A DNA stretch of 64,000 nucleotides from Phoronis australis. Taxonomy: Eukaryota; Animalia; Phoronida. The DNA is taken from assembly GCA_002633005.1 (NCBI GenBank), contig NMRA01000131.1, positions 745,808 through 809,807 of the forward strand, written 5' to 3'. The notes beneath the pieces were generated by a model. It saw only the letters and a list, made by a program, of their open reading frames with translations, had not been told where the DNA came from and did not search any database. Made by a program: the position numbers and the translations under genes. This document shows, one piece after another, positions 27,664-40,130 of the stretch; the first letter of the stretch is position 1, and each line of letters starts with the position of its first letter.

Positions 27664-29149
27664 GCCTCACTTGAATGCATTATCTGTATGACATCACACT
27701 ATGTTCAAAGTGTGTGTAACACTTGTGAGCTCTTGGAACTGACGTTATTGAACATCGTTTCTCACATCCTAATTTAATGAGTCGTATTCTTGTAATGGAG
27801 ATTTCTCAAAGAATGCCAAGAGTACAATATATTTGTTATTTTAAGAATATTAGGAAAAATTTAAAACTATGCAATACAGTTTTGCAAATGGGTCATACAT
27901 GTTCAGGAGAATGACATATGCCAAAATGTGCAACTTTTCAAAATCTAGGGTTAAAAGGTAATCACACATCACCACTCTGGCTGATTTCTTAAAGAGCACA
28001 AATCTTTGAGCAATAGATTTCATAACAGTCCACATCAGAATTCTCAGTACAGCACAGCGTCCCACTAAAGAATAAAGCATGTTTTTACAAATTATAGATA
28101 CAATTAACATGTGAAGAGGACATACAGCCACCTTTATAAAAATCTGTTTATCATGTACAACTGAAGTAGAAAGGTCGTACTAAAATTGCAAATTTCATAC
28201 AGCTATAAATCATCAGCAATCAATGACCCGAGTCACAGTGTTATCTGGTGCAATTAGGAGCACTAAATCCTGCTGTTAGGAACCAAAACAGATGAGACGG
28301 CCATACAAAAAGACAAGAAAATCTTTTCCAAATACAGCGATGGGATGCGCGAGACTAATTAAGGAGTTTAATTAAATGCATAATACACAAACTTATCCTT
28401 CTAAGTTAATCTTACAAGAGGCAAGGATGATTTCAAACTAAAACATGCATATGGGCCAATTAACACATGACTCAAATCTATGGTTAAGTTACAGGGCCAA
28501 TGGGTCATGTTATTTTTTTCTGCCTTTTTCCAATTCGTCATTTGTGCAACATCTTCCAAGTATGATTTTGTCTGCCACACCAGAACATATCATGACTAGT
28601 GACGGGTCTTTGTGCTTACCCTATTTCAGTTTAACCCCAAATATAAAACTACACGGTTGTAACCTGCATTTTTACAATATGGCACAAGGCACTAGTCCAT
28701 AATAATTCGAAGGCTCAGTAGCAACGCGGGTGTGATATTGGCGAAAACTATGATGGCAACACAGAATAGGACAAAGCTTCACTTCATCTGAGCCTCTCCA
28801 CAATATTGCATACTCTTAACATTCTGGTATGCTGGACCCTCTACCGCTGGCATAGAATTTGTTTTTTGGTCATACATTACCAAAACACTTGCGTTACCCG
28901 GTAGTATCAGAAAACAATACATGATTCCAGTAGCAAGACAAAAGGCATGATTGCCAGCACAGTTTTAATGTCATGTGACCTTATGGAAAAGTGTGTGTAG
29001 TCAGCCTAATGTCTACTAAATGTTAGAATATAACTCAAGAAAAGAAGAGATTTTCTGAAAGCAGAAAGAAACCCTGTAGAAGTAAATTTTTTAATTTATA
29101 CCAATCTGCTATTGAGTTATGTGACCGTGTACAATCACAAGAAATTTTT

Positions 29150-29460
29150 TTTTCAAAAACATAACCAAACTTCAATACACATAAATGTTCAATGTGAAAT
29201 CTCAAAAAAGCTCTTACAGTTTTCTAACTTATCATTTTGTTTTAGGCAACTTCTCATTTTTATAAAAAGCCTATTTGTTCAATAGCCCTTCATGCAAAAC
29301 TCGATCAATTCGAAAAAACAATTCCTAACAGAGTTATGTAGAACAGTGCATAAAGCATAGTATGGAAATGTTTCATGTGAATCCGGTCATCCATTCCTGA
29401 AATACAATGTTCACAGTTGACAAAATTTGTCCATTTTTCCATGTTTCTAGACATATGTAA
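29150..29460 (+). repeat. Dispersed AT-rich repeat family, copy 2
   Basis: AGCCCTTCATGCAAAAC at 29284 followed by sequence colinear with 15755-15875. Confidence 0.6.
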
Positions 29461-29527
29461 CCTTTAAATGTGTCACTTGCTAGGTTGCATAAAATTTCAA
29501 AATTATCCGCTGGATAAGTCTGATTGT

Positions 29528-30226
29528 CTATCAATTATTCCTTTCCAAACTGTATGTAAAACCTGTCGCGGAATTGATGAGGGAGAGAGAAATAAATTTG
29601 GTAGGTGATACTCAGTCTTGGAAAAAAAATCATTTTATAATTTATCATTGTACTTCCAGTGTCAGACTCAGATGATTTCAATTCCGTATCAACCGCAGAC
29701 TTATGGGTACAAACTCTTACTTAAAGAAAACAGGTATTAGTGAATCGTCTTTGTGTTCTTTCTGTGAGCGACGAAGAAACAAAACTACATATGTATTGGG
29801 AATGTTCACTTGTTCAGAAGTTTTGGGGATGTTTAAAAACATGGTTGATAAATAAGTGCACTTTCCCTCTGTAGTTAAATATGTCTACCGCCTTGTTTGG
29901 AGATCCAGCCAGTAGATTGAAAGTTGTAAATTTAATTCTTCGCTTAGCAAAATTTCGTTTATATAGGCAAAGACTGCAAAAAGCTTAGCCCAATTTCCAG
30001 TCATTTTTACGGAAGGTCTGTGATTACCACAGCCTGGAAAAAATTATTTACGATGATAAATTGGCTCCTGAGAGATTCCAGGCAAGGTGGTCTTCTTTTT
30101 TGCCTAGCAATTAGCTTTTATAGGGTTTGGTAATGTTTCTAACCTGTTTGATGTACTTGACTAGATTTCATATTGCTGTACAACTATGTACTGGGTGGTT
30201 GAATTGATAAATGTTTTACCTCAAAA
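29528..30226 (+). mobile_element. 5'-truncated, decayed L1/Tx1-clade LINE (ORF2 C-terminal zinc-binding region plus 3' tail)
   Basis: Manual translation: KLYVKPVAELMREREINLVGDTQSWKK...SVRLR*FQFRINRRLMGTNSYLKKTGISESSLCSFC-(frameshift)-EETKLHMYWECSLVQKFW...VNLILRLAKFRLY...ERFQARWSSFLPSN* (stop 30112-30114). This is a CxxC..H..C zf-RVT pattern. A short A-run follows, with a candidate TSD AAGTCTGATTGT / AAGGCTGATTGT. Confidence 0.85.
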
Positions 30227-33200
30227 AAGGCTGATTGTTACATGAAGTCAGGTACATTGTTCAAAAATAACAACATGATGCGTGATAATGCAACATCACC
30301 GTTGCTATGCAGCCTATAACTTTTATGCAACTGGGCCCTGTTGTATTTTCATGTTTTTGTATTTTTATTTTGCGACAGTCCTAACCTAGCTATTTTCTGG
30401 CTGATAATCAGTAAACTCTATTTTCAGTGCTGCAGTTGTGTGAAAAAGGTGGAATTATAGGAATGTGTCCCACCTCATTGTGGCATAAATATTTTTATTG
30501 ACGCATTGTAATTGCTCAACTCCAGGGGGGGAGCCGTTGTATCACTCCACCTCAAAATACAACATATTAGGCAAAAATAATCAGAAACATGAAAGTAGTG
30601 TTATGCAACTGCATATAACAGCATGGGTAAAAATAATAGAAACAGAGCAACCAATCGAACCAGTGTCACCTTCTGTAGATGAAAAAAGTCGCGAAAATGC
30701 AAAATCAGGTAAAAATTTGTGACATATTGATATGTGTTCCAAGGCAGCATGATTCATAACACCAATTGGTGTCTTGCACGGAGCCCAGAAACATATTCAT
30801 GAAGAAAACATGTTTCTTTGTTGTTTACTATATTGCTTGTTTTAAATTTCATAGTCTTAAAGCTGCATACTGAATACTTGCATGCTTCTGTAGGAAGTGC
30901 AGCCATGCAGGAGTAATGGAGAACTACAGACTAATAATGGAAGTACTATTCACTGCTGATAACCTGACATTTTGAAATAATCATCATCTAATTTCGGGTC
31001 AGTTACATTTAGTGACATTTAAGCTACGTGAATTCAATGAGTCATAATTCACAGAGATAAAGGAATAATTCAGTCAAGAAAAAATTGCTCAGTGTTTCTA
31101 CTGGTGTTATTATCAGGACTGACCTGGCTACCATTTCACCAAGTGCTAATCTTAGTTCCGGTATGAAACAAGACAAAAAACTGCAAATTCAGGCAGGTGG
31201 AATTTATACCCATGACTGCAACCCACATCAGCCATTATCTAATGAGTTCATTTCAATCAAATTTTGTAACAGAGGCAGCTTTTGCTTTGAGATATCAAAA
31301 TTACTGTAAACTCATTTGAGCGATGATAAGTGTTGCAGAACTTTTTAAGTTCGATGATCTACGTAGTAGGAATAAAATCTTATACAACAAAGCACAACAC
31401 TGAGTTCTAAGTGCCTGATTCATAAATTGTAGAAGCATGAACTAATACACTCTAGTCTCTAGGACAATCTTGGTAAGGACACAGTAATTTCTTTGGGATG
31501 TCATTGAAATGATTGAAGTGATGCTCCCAATTTTCAACAAAAGAAATTGCCAAAATTGCCCTTTTTCATTAATCATAATCTCCAAACATTGTTGCGAATG
31601 GCCATATTTTTTAATGGCAGAACATTATTGTAGTGCTAAATGTTTTTTTATGAAACAAGACAATAAAATTTCACGTCTGCCATAACATGTCCTAAATCTG
31701 TGAGATTGGTAATATGAGACAATCCAAAGTGGAACCAGTGTTCACAATTTGTGATGCAACAGGTGTCAGTTCAAGTATTGAGCACAAATTATTGGTTACA
31801 TGGAAATATACCTGAAATCCTAATCTATGGTCCATCAATAAACCAGTTCTCATGCTTGGAAGGGGTGAGGTCTCACAAAGGGTGGGGGCCAGGGGAGGGC
31901 CACTAGCTTGGGAGGATATTTTGCCCTCCTTTGTATTGTCTTGGTGGGTACTTAAGCTTTGTAATTGTTGTTAGGGTAGGTAACTGAAAAGGGGCTGGAA
32001 GATTGGTTGGTTTCAGCCCCCACATAGTGATCGAATGACAGACATCAAGACTGACCATCCAATGAATTCAAGTTGGTCAACACTGGTGCTTACAAATATT
32101 TCCCAATACACAAACAAGTATTAATCAATTGCACATCACAATACAAGGCTCAGTGCAGTGTAGGGTAGCTCACTGCCCAAAAAAGATATTAGAGAGGATA
32201 ACGACCCTGGCCTATGTGGTGACATCCCTGACATTCGATACCCAGACATACATCACATAATCTACAACCACACCAGAGGATATTAACTTCCTTTCACATC
32301 CTGCAACAAACTATTTTGAAGTTCACCCAATTCACGCTATTTCTGAAAATTGTCCCCAACCTTGCCAAAATGAGTAAGGATCATTATTAAGGCTAGCACA
32401 CAGCAGCACATTACTTGAACCTTCCAAACTAAGATAACAGACAGATCTTAGATGCTGCATGGTCACCTAAAACATGTGTGACTGTAATGGAACAATCAGC
32501 TCATCCACATGTCAATGTTATTATAGACACAGTCTGCTCATGGTAAATCCTACAGACCAATGAAGAGAAAGTGACTCATACAAAACAAATGGCAAATTAA
32601 TAAGACCAAAACCTTCATGACTTTCAGCCAATCAGAAGAAGCATGTGTTATACAGTGTTTAGATTTACCTTATTTTACTGTGGGTGGCGCCTGTAAGAGT
32701 CCAACCATAAAGGAGGTCCATTAGCAAGACTGCGTTTTATCTCTGATCTTTTCAATGCACAAGAAATGTCAGCCATCCCAGCCAGTGACCTCAAACTTGT
32801 AATAACATGGGGACACAATCTTGTCAACAGCTGGCAACATCATCAGACTAGTCAGGGCAGGGGAATGGTAATTAGAGAAAATGACTTGTTTAAGGTGGCC
32901 ATGCAGAAACAATAAACCACTGGGCAGTCTGCACTCAACAAACAGTTTGTTTCACTAAGGTGGGGCCACAATTATTGACCTTAACCCTAAATAGAGCTTT
33001 CACTGCTCAGATATCCAAAAAATTGTGAAAGTTGAAGTGAAATGTCCTGCCACATCAGGGTGAAACTTCTCAAGACATCACCGTAGTTCTTCACTTAGGC
33101 CTACATACCGTATCTTTACCATACAATATGGCCGACAAGTGAAATTCTATTTTGTCAAATTTCCCCACAAAAAGACAAGGATTACGAAAATACTAGTCTA

Positions 33201-34606
33201 TTGCTAGTATCGTTTGTACTATGTAGCTGTCACAAAACAACTTTTGGTAAATTAACCCGTTTTTCAAAAATGGCAATGATTTTTGTGTGAAATTAACGGA
33301 GAATTACAGTGAAGAAAATGTTATGTGGCACCAATAAGAATGATCCCTATTACAACTAACTCTGGTTTAGTCCATATTCCAGACAATACTGGTTTTCAGA
33401 GGCCTGATATCAATCAGACTTTTGTCCAACATCATCATGCAAATGCCAATTATCTACCAGGCTGCATGAATAAATTAATGTAAGCACGCATCGATTCAAA
33501 ACTGATATCAAGGGAGGACAGCAACACAATTTTTCCTCAACTGATGCAGAGAAGCTTAACTTGTGAAAAACTGTTGTGACAGACTTTGATGAACAAAACT
33601 AATGAGATGAACAACAGAAACTGTTTTCGACTTTGAAATTCAAAAAATCTCTTTTTAAAGACACCTTCGACCATTCATCAGAAGCTGACGATTATGGATG
33701 GGACATTGACAGAAGAATTTTACAACGTACTATGGTATCAAGGCTTAGGTAAACAAGACATGATCAGTCTACCCCATTCAGACTGAAAAAGTGCGCAAAA
33801 TCTGATGACAAAACTCTACTGGCATTGGAAAAACAAATTTCAAAGATAGTTTTGCTGTAAAGGAGTGAAGAACATGACAGTAGTGCATACTTTGTGCCAC
33901 TGACTTACATCATCATCAGAAATGACTACGGAATCCGAGAGGGCGCTACCGTATTAAAGTGACTATTGCAGTGGTCGGCCACACACATTCCACAATTTCA
34001 TAATTCATTAGATAAAACAGATGTTTTGAATGCAACATACTTTCGGCTTCCTCTTTAGTTTTACGATTTCTTTGGTCGAATGAGGAAGTTTTTTGCTCAG
34101 AAAAAGTATCAGTTGTCTGCTAAAAGCATTTTACTGATTTACAGCGCCATTAAGGAAGAGAAAAACTTCAACTTCCCATGGTTTGACTTGTCAGAAGCCA
34201 GTAGCCTCGATATCAGCACAAACACTGATTTAATTAAACTTTCATAAAAGACTGAGGAAATGCCATACTTATTGTCATAAACAGGCAACCCCCCTCATGT
34301 TTAGTTTATTGACCTATGGGTCACTTCAATGAGGCTAAGGAGCCAAACCAACTGACAATGCCCCCATTGCCAGTGGAAAGTTGACAGTACAGGTGCAACT
34401 AGAACATTTGACTGACATTATCAAAATGCTTATTTACCGTAACTTTTCTCCTGGATTGTTTCTTTGTTACATTATATCTTGAGTTGCCTTGGTTAAGTTT
34501 GAATCTGTGCATACTTTGAACTTAACTTTAGGAAATCTTTGAACTACAATCAATTCAATTTTGCCATTGTTAATAAACAGAATTCTGTTCTATTTTGAAA
34601 GTATTA

Positions 34607-34698
34607 CCGTACTCGTCCGGGTTGACCGCCCAGGGCACTTAAATTGGGAATCTAAAAAGACAGGGGGTGGGCGGTAAGCCGCGCATGGGCAAGTATGG
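34607..34698. mobile_element. 92-bp mini-element of the same Tc2-like family
   Basis: TA|CCGTACTCGTCC...GGGCAAGTATGG|TA, with internal GGGCACTTAAATTGG and GGGCGGTAAG motifs like those at 650-700. Confidence 0.6.
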
Positions 34699-35539
34699 TA
34701 GATAGTACATACATCACATATATACATCAAATTTCCATCAGTTATATTTTTGCAGGGGTACCATGTACCAACCCAACAGTAAACACGCACAAACACATGA
34801 TCAGTCACACGACTCGATACATATGTGCACTCGTTACACAGGCATCTTGGTACAAATAGTGCTCCACTACATTATAACACTGCATGTCTACCTTGTCACA
34901 AAACCATTTTGGACCTAACAACCAACCAAACCAGTAACACCTCTTTGCCCTTCAAAATGTATATGGCAAAGATAAAAAGAATCAAGAATTCAGAAAATTG
35001 ACCTTTGGGTGCATCTTCTGTCGCATCAAATTTTACTTTCATAACTTTTCATCAGTTTACAGTTTATAATGTACCCATCGTGAACACGTATGTCCAAGTG
35101 AAATTTGTGAATCCTATTTTATTAAACAAAATTTGAAAAAAACAGGATCCCCAGTGAAATGGCTGCTAAACACAAGAAATACTAGATGCAAATCACCCAG
35201 AGCCAATTTGCACAAACTAAACCCAAATTACAGGTCCACGACTTTCCATTAATAGTTTCACTACATGATTTCACCCAAATATATGTACAACAGGGTATCA
35301 CTGAAGAATGAGGTGCAGAACATCGGGAGTGGGTATTAACACATGCAGCTTAGGCACTCCTAGATTGAACAGGTGAGCAGACGCTTATTTGACCATGAGC
35401 AGCTAGATGGAGAATGGAAAATAGATTCATGTGGTACTGAAGATCTTTCATAATCTAGGGATTTTGTGTAATTTAGGAGCAATCATGTGTACGGTAGTAC
35501 TCCTGCACTTGTGACAATGTCTTACAAGGTAACACTTAC

Positions 35540-35600
35540 TTGCTTTCCGCAGTGTCCATCCAGGTGACAAAAAGGACAGGTGAGCTCCATTCTTCTTCAC
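35540..35600 (-). other. Candidate 61-nt leader exon of the left gene containing a strong-context ATG
   Basis: Acceptor tactttactatttccag|GTG and donor CAA|gtaagt. Open in all three frames. Contains AGAATGG. Confidence 0.4.
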
Positions 35601-35751
35601 CTGGAAATAGTAAAGTACCTCCTGTAACCTGATACAACAGACACAGTCTTGAGGAACAACCAAATGCCAGTTCTTCCCAAGCCCAATATTCACAGCTCAT
35701 CTCAGGAACCAAAAAGTTAAGCTCAATTTTCTCGCAGTGGATACTCTACTC

Positions 35752-36212
35752 GCTTTCCCATTCGCTTTTACCAAAGTTTCGGTAAGTGGGAAAAGTTAAC
35801 TTCGGTAGTTAATCTGCAAGTGAAATTTTGGTGAAAATAGTAGGATTTAAAAGCAGACCTTACGAACTCACTGAAACTTCGGTGTAGTGGGAACAGTCAA
35901 AGTGAAGCATCGTCGCAAAAGGTGTTCTTTGTTATTGTAGTGCAGCCAACGTGCTCTCAATAGACGCACACAAAACTAAACATATATGAAGAAGAATGAC
36001 ACAGATCACTTTCATAAACACTCGTATTTTGGAGAACAATTTTCAGTTAGCCTCGAACCCACTACACAATATTCGTTTGAGAATACAAAAGAAATGTGTG
36101 ATCTGGTTTCTTAGCGATAACTTCGATATCGCTGACTAGTCTGGCGGAAAAATGAGCAAGGTTTCGGCAAAACTTTGGTCAACCAAAGTTTCCCTAATGG
36201 GAAAACACCTTA
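35752..36212. mobile_element. Possible MITE
   Basis: Inverted ends TTTCCCATT and AATGGGAAA, repeated ACCAAAGTTT/AAACTTTGGT and TTCGG motifs, CpG-richer than the flanks. Confidence 0.45.
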
Positions 36213-37263
36213 AAAGTTTTCTTCTTTGGTGGATTCAACAGTTTATTGTCTTGTTCATTTTCCAATGATTAGCTCAACGATAGAGACATTGCCTGCCAGG
36301 CTGAATGCGAAACATCTACAAAATAATTTCAGTAACCAATTTGGGCAAGAATAACCAAACTGATGAACTACAATAACAGCATTAACTCAGGTGAAACCCT
36401 TTCTACACAGTTTGAGGAATATCACAATAGGCAAATAGTTTCAAAAAGTACTCAATGAGAACCTGGCTATATCCAATAAATTTTCCTTCATTAATGGTCA
36501 ACTCACTGTTGGTTTACCATTCAACGGTAATTTGTGATGCAGTACCACCTTACCTTTTCAAAAAAGTGCATTATTTTTCCTCCAGCCATTGTGAATAACA
36601 CTCCTTAACATAAACACATCCAGCCAACTTCTACAATGGACCACAGCTAGAGCAGACAACACTCACGCACTAGAGCAAGTTTCATCAATTGTTTTACAAG
36701 GAAACCACTGGCTTAGACCAATCCCCAGCGACACCCCCATGGGTCAGAGGTCATGTCAAAACAACACTCATTTTTATGATGATAAAACAAGAATAAACAA
36801 TAATGGCTGGTGTCACAGTTGTCAAAGCCTCATACAATAAATGGAATACCACGGTTATCTGAGCATTCTTGGTTTGTTTACAATGACATCACACATACCT
36901 CTGAGCCAACAAAATATAACAGCCTAACAATGGGAAGATACTGAAATAGATTTAATAGCCATAACCTAAGGTAATAACAATCACGGTGTTCTGTTGAATC
37001 AGTAGATGAAAACAATTTTCATTTTGGTTATTACGATAAATGACAACTCTTTATATCTAGTTTTCAAATGGTCATATTTTTATCATAACAAAGGTGTATT
37101 TTGTAGTTTATATCTGCATGGGGATCAATGATGGATTTGTTATAAAATCGTCTCATTTTCTACACTGCATTTTCACCGTTTTTATCAAGACTTATCATAA
37201 TTTTTGGTCCAATCTAGGGTGCAATATCTCCCCTATACACGCCTACTCAACCCAATACAGCTC

Positions 37264-37579
37264 ACAGGCAGATTTGGGGGAGGGGTGCAAGGGGCATGGT
37301 CCCCTATCCCCCATGCAAGCGACCAAAAATATCGTTATTGGCATGCCAATTTCAGGGCCTTTTTCTTTCGAAACATGGTTGCTCCCCCTCGTGCTGTAGT
37401 AGTAAAATTATGAGTTAAGTAGGCGCCCAAAGCCCGCTGCATCACCTTGAGCACTTAATGTAACTTACGGTGCGTAGCCGCTACATTCAAATGCTCAAAG
37501 GTTGTTGGTAGCACCTATTGTGCGCCTACACCACATTGCAGCACTGCTCCCCCCATCTGACACCTCAGATCTGCCCATG
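37264..37579. mobile_element. Degenerate hAT-like MITE with a nested palindromic insert (~37392-37543)
   Basis: Ends CAGGCAGATTTGGGGG and CAGATCTGCCCATG. The interior has inverted pairs TAGGCGCCCAA/TTGTGCGCCTA and CCTTGAGCACTTAATGTA/TACATTCAAATGCTCAAAGG. Confidence 0.4.
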
Positions 37580-37899
37580 CACCTTCAAAGGACTACCCAG
37601 AGTGGTTTCTGTTTCAAGACTGACAATCAGAATTAACTTGTAACTGAATTTCACACAATCAATTTACCTTACAGCTCTTCTAAATAAATGTACAATGTCA
37701 ACAAATATTTAATTTGCTACTACATCTTATCCTGATAAAACACAATAAATGTCTACTGGAAAGAGCTTACGCCAAAACTTACGTCCATATATTTTTAGTT
37801 CATGTCGCGTTTTGAAATTTTTTGAGCTTGGTCTGTATTTTATCACTGTAAGCATTTGTTGTCACTGTAAGTTTTGTTGTCACTGTAAGTTTTTGTGGA

Positions 37900-38170
37900 A
37901 CACTTAAAAATGTCCAATTTTGGCCAACTTCACAACATCATATTTCAGAAATGGAAGATCATGAAACTTTCAGGTACTATGCCTTACACACCAATCTCCA
38001 AAACTATGTGAGGAATTGTTTTTAAAATGTTCCACTTTTGTATGAAGGGCTATCAAAATATATTATGACTTTCAAGAAAAAAATCAAAAGTTATATAAAA
38101 CGATAATGAGAGGATAGATTAGGAAAGTGTAACAGCGTGCATTTTTGAGATTTCATATTGAACATTTAGT
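37900..38170 (-). repeat. Dispersed AT-rich repeat family, copy 3 (inverted)
   Basis: AGGAATTGTTTTTAAAATGTTCCACTTTTGTATGAAGGGCTAT is the reverse complement of the shared core. Confidence 0.6.
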
Positions 38171-39869
38171 TACAAAATTTGGTTATGCTACTTGAAAGTT
38201 TTGGTATCAATGTACCAGTCTTTTCATTAAATGTTCACAAGAGGCATGATCACAAGACAATCACAGGCAGATTGATAAAAATTCAGAAATCAAGTACTAG
38301 GCGTTCTTATACAATGATACTGTATGCACTTTTTACCCAGTTCAAATGTTTTGTAGATATTTAGCTTAATAGTTATACACAGATATGCAAGGTCCTACAT
38401 ACCATAATTTTAACAACCCAGGACATTATGACCTAGGTAACAAGGGCAACTATGGCTTGAAGGAATTTAAGGTTATAAAATAACAATACATTACCAAGTT
38501 TACAACATAGACATAACTAAGCTGTTGTCCCAATTTACATGATTAGCCTCATTAATTTGAGCTCTGATGTCATATCTGGGTAACTCACTCTTGGGTTCTC
38601 TGCTGTTGCCATGCCAACAAAGGCAAAAATAAATAATTTTTAATTTCTGTCTAAGCACTCTCACACAACCCTGAATACTTGAGTGTGTAGTGACTTGTTC
38701 CTGCGGCACTCATGGAGCTCTCCATGACCCCCCGGCATGATCAAAAATGGTCCCAGCATAATAGAGTTGGTTTGCGCACTGTAACAAATAGGGTTGTTGT
38801 ACAAAAATGTAGCCTGGGCCCCTTTGTTACAGCCTAGATCAGCCACTTAGAAAACCTTACCCCCACACTATACTCTTGTACTCGTACATACCAGAGTAAG
38901 AAATCCTTGACAAGACTGCATCATTAAGGTTACGGCAAAAATCCTTCAATTTGGGACAAAATTAATTGCTAAAATTGCCATATCTGTATTTACTAGAGGC
39001 TTACGACATTGTAGCAAATGCTCATTAAATTTTACCAAACCATGTTAAAAGCAAAGCAAATTTTCATAAAAATTATTTTTGTTGAAAAATATGTCAAACT
39101 GAAATTTCGCCTGTCTGAAATTTTAATGTGCCAAAAAGCTGGTTTGCACTAAAATTCATTTAGTTCTGATTTGAATGAAACTGAAACTCATATTGTTTGC
39201 GAGCAGTGTAACCCCATTTACAATGCTTTTGGTCCCAGTTCTTTAACACAACATTATTTTAAGAAATAAAATCTGATTAACACAGTGGACACAAAAGGGA
39301 TTTCATGTTTGACATTACTTTCATTTTCCACAACAGTTCCAGCCATTTCAGAACATATAATTGGTAATTTATATCAGCATGTGCTCAACATGATTAATTT
39401 TGCTTCTACAGCGGGTACTGATAGGTAGAGACCAGCGATATTTAGTGGAAATGCATGAGCTTTTGTGTATGAGTTTCATCCATGCACATCTAAAAACAAC
39501 TATTAGCCGAATAACACCAAAATGCATTTTGCGATGAGTAACGCTACTTGTACGAATGAATGAAAGGTGTCATTATTTCGTTAACTTTAAAGAAAATCAA
39601 GTTTTCAAGCAATTTTCATACTTTGTTTAGTAACTGAATGATAGGCAATCTGAGGGTACAAATTAAAACTCCAATAATCTAGTAAACGTTGATGATTAAG
39701 TCAACATTCAAGGTTTGCCCTCTTGCATGTCCCAATGGACATGATATAGTACAACCTACTCATGAAACCATTTTTAAATTTCCTACACTGGCTACAGTTT
39801 AGAGCCCCTTGAGTTGACTATTACGGAGCCTTGGTGCAAAACTGTAGGCTGTACTAAATCATGTACGGT

Positions 39870-40130
39870 GTGTGTATATCGTCAGCTTTCCAGACACCAA
39901 ATCACATATTTCTGGTCTTTTTAGCATTCCGATCAATCCAGCATTGACTAATCACACTTCTGTAGTCATAAGAACATTAAATAGAGCACACAAACCATGC
40001 CTAAAACCTTTTTTGACTGCTGTTGAAACAACCTCAAGTCTCAGTGCCTCACGCTTTTCTAGATCGCCGTGACATCTATTGTCTGTGTTGGCAAACCCTT
40101 CCTTTTGGCGCGTTGTGAACACTAGATATA
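39870..40130 (-). promoter_or_regulatory. Possible promoter / first exon of the left gene
   Basis: Boundary between CpG-poor DNA (left) and CpG-richer DNA (right). E2F-like TTTTGGCGCG at 40103-40112. Confidence 0.3.

Noticed and set aside
33933-33948. CTCF-like CCGAGAGGGCGCTA
   Set aside because: A single motif in repeat-like sequence cannot be supported without ChIP data.
35553-35579. Plus-strand 27-nt micro-exon signals (ttccgcag|...ACAG|gtgagc) overlapping the minus-strand candidate exon
   Set aside because: No other plus-strand exons support a gene here. It is noted because it shows such splice signals can arise by chance.
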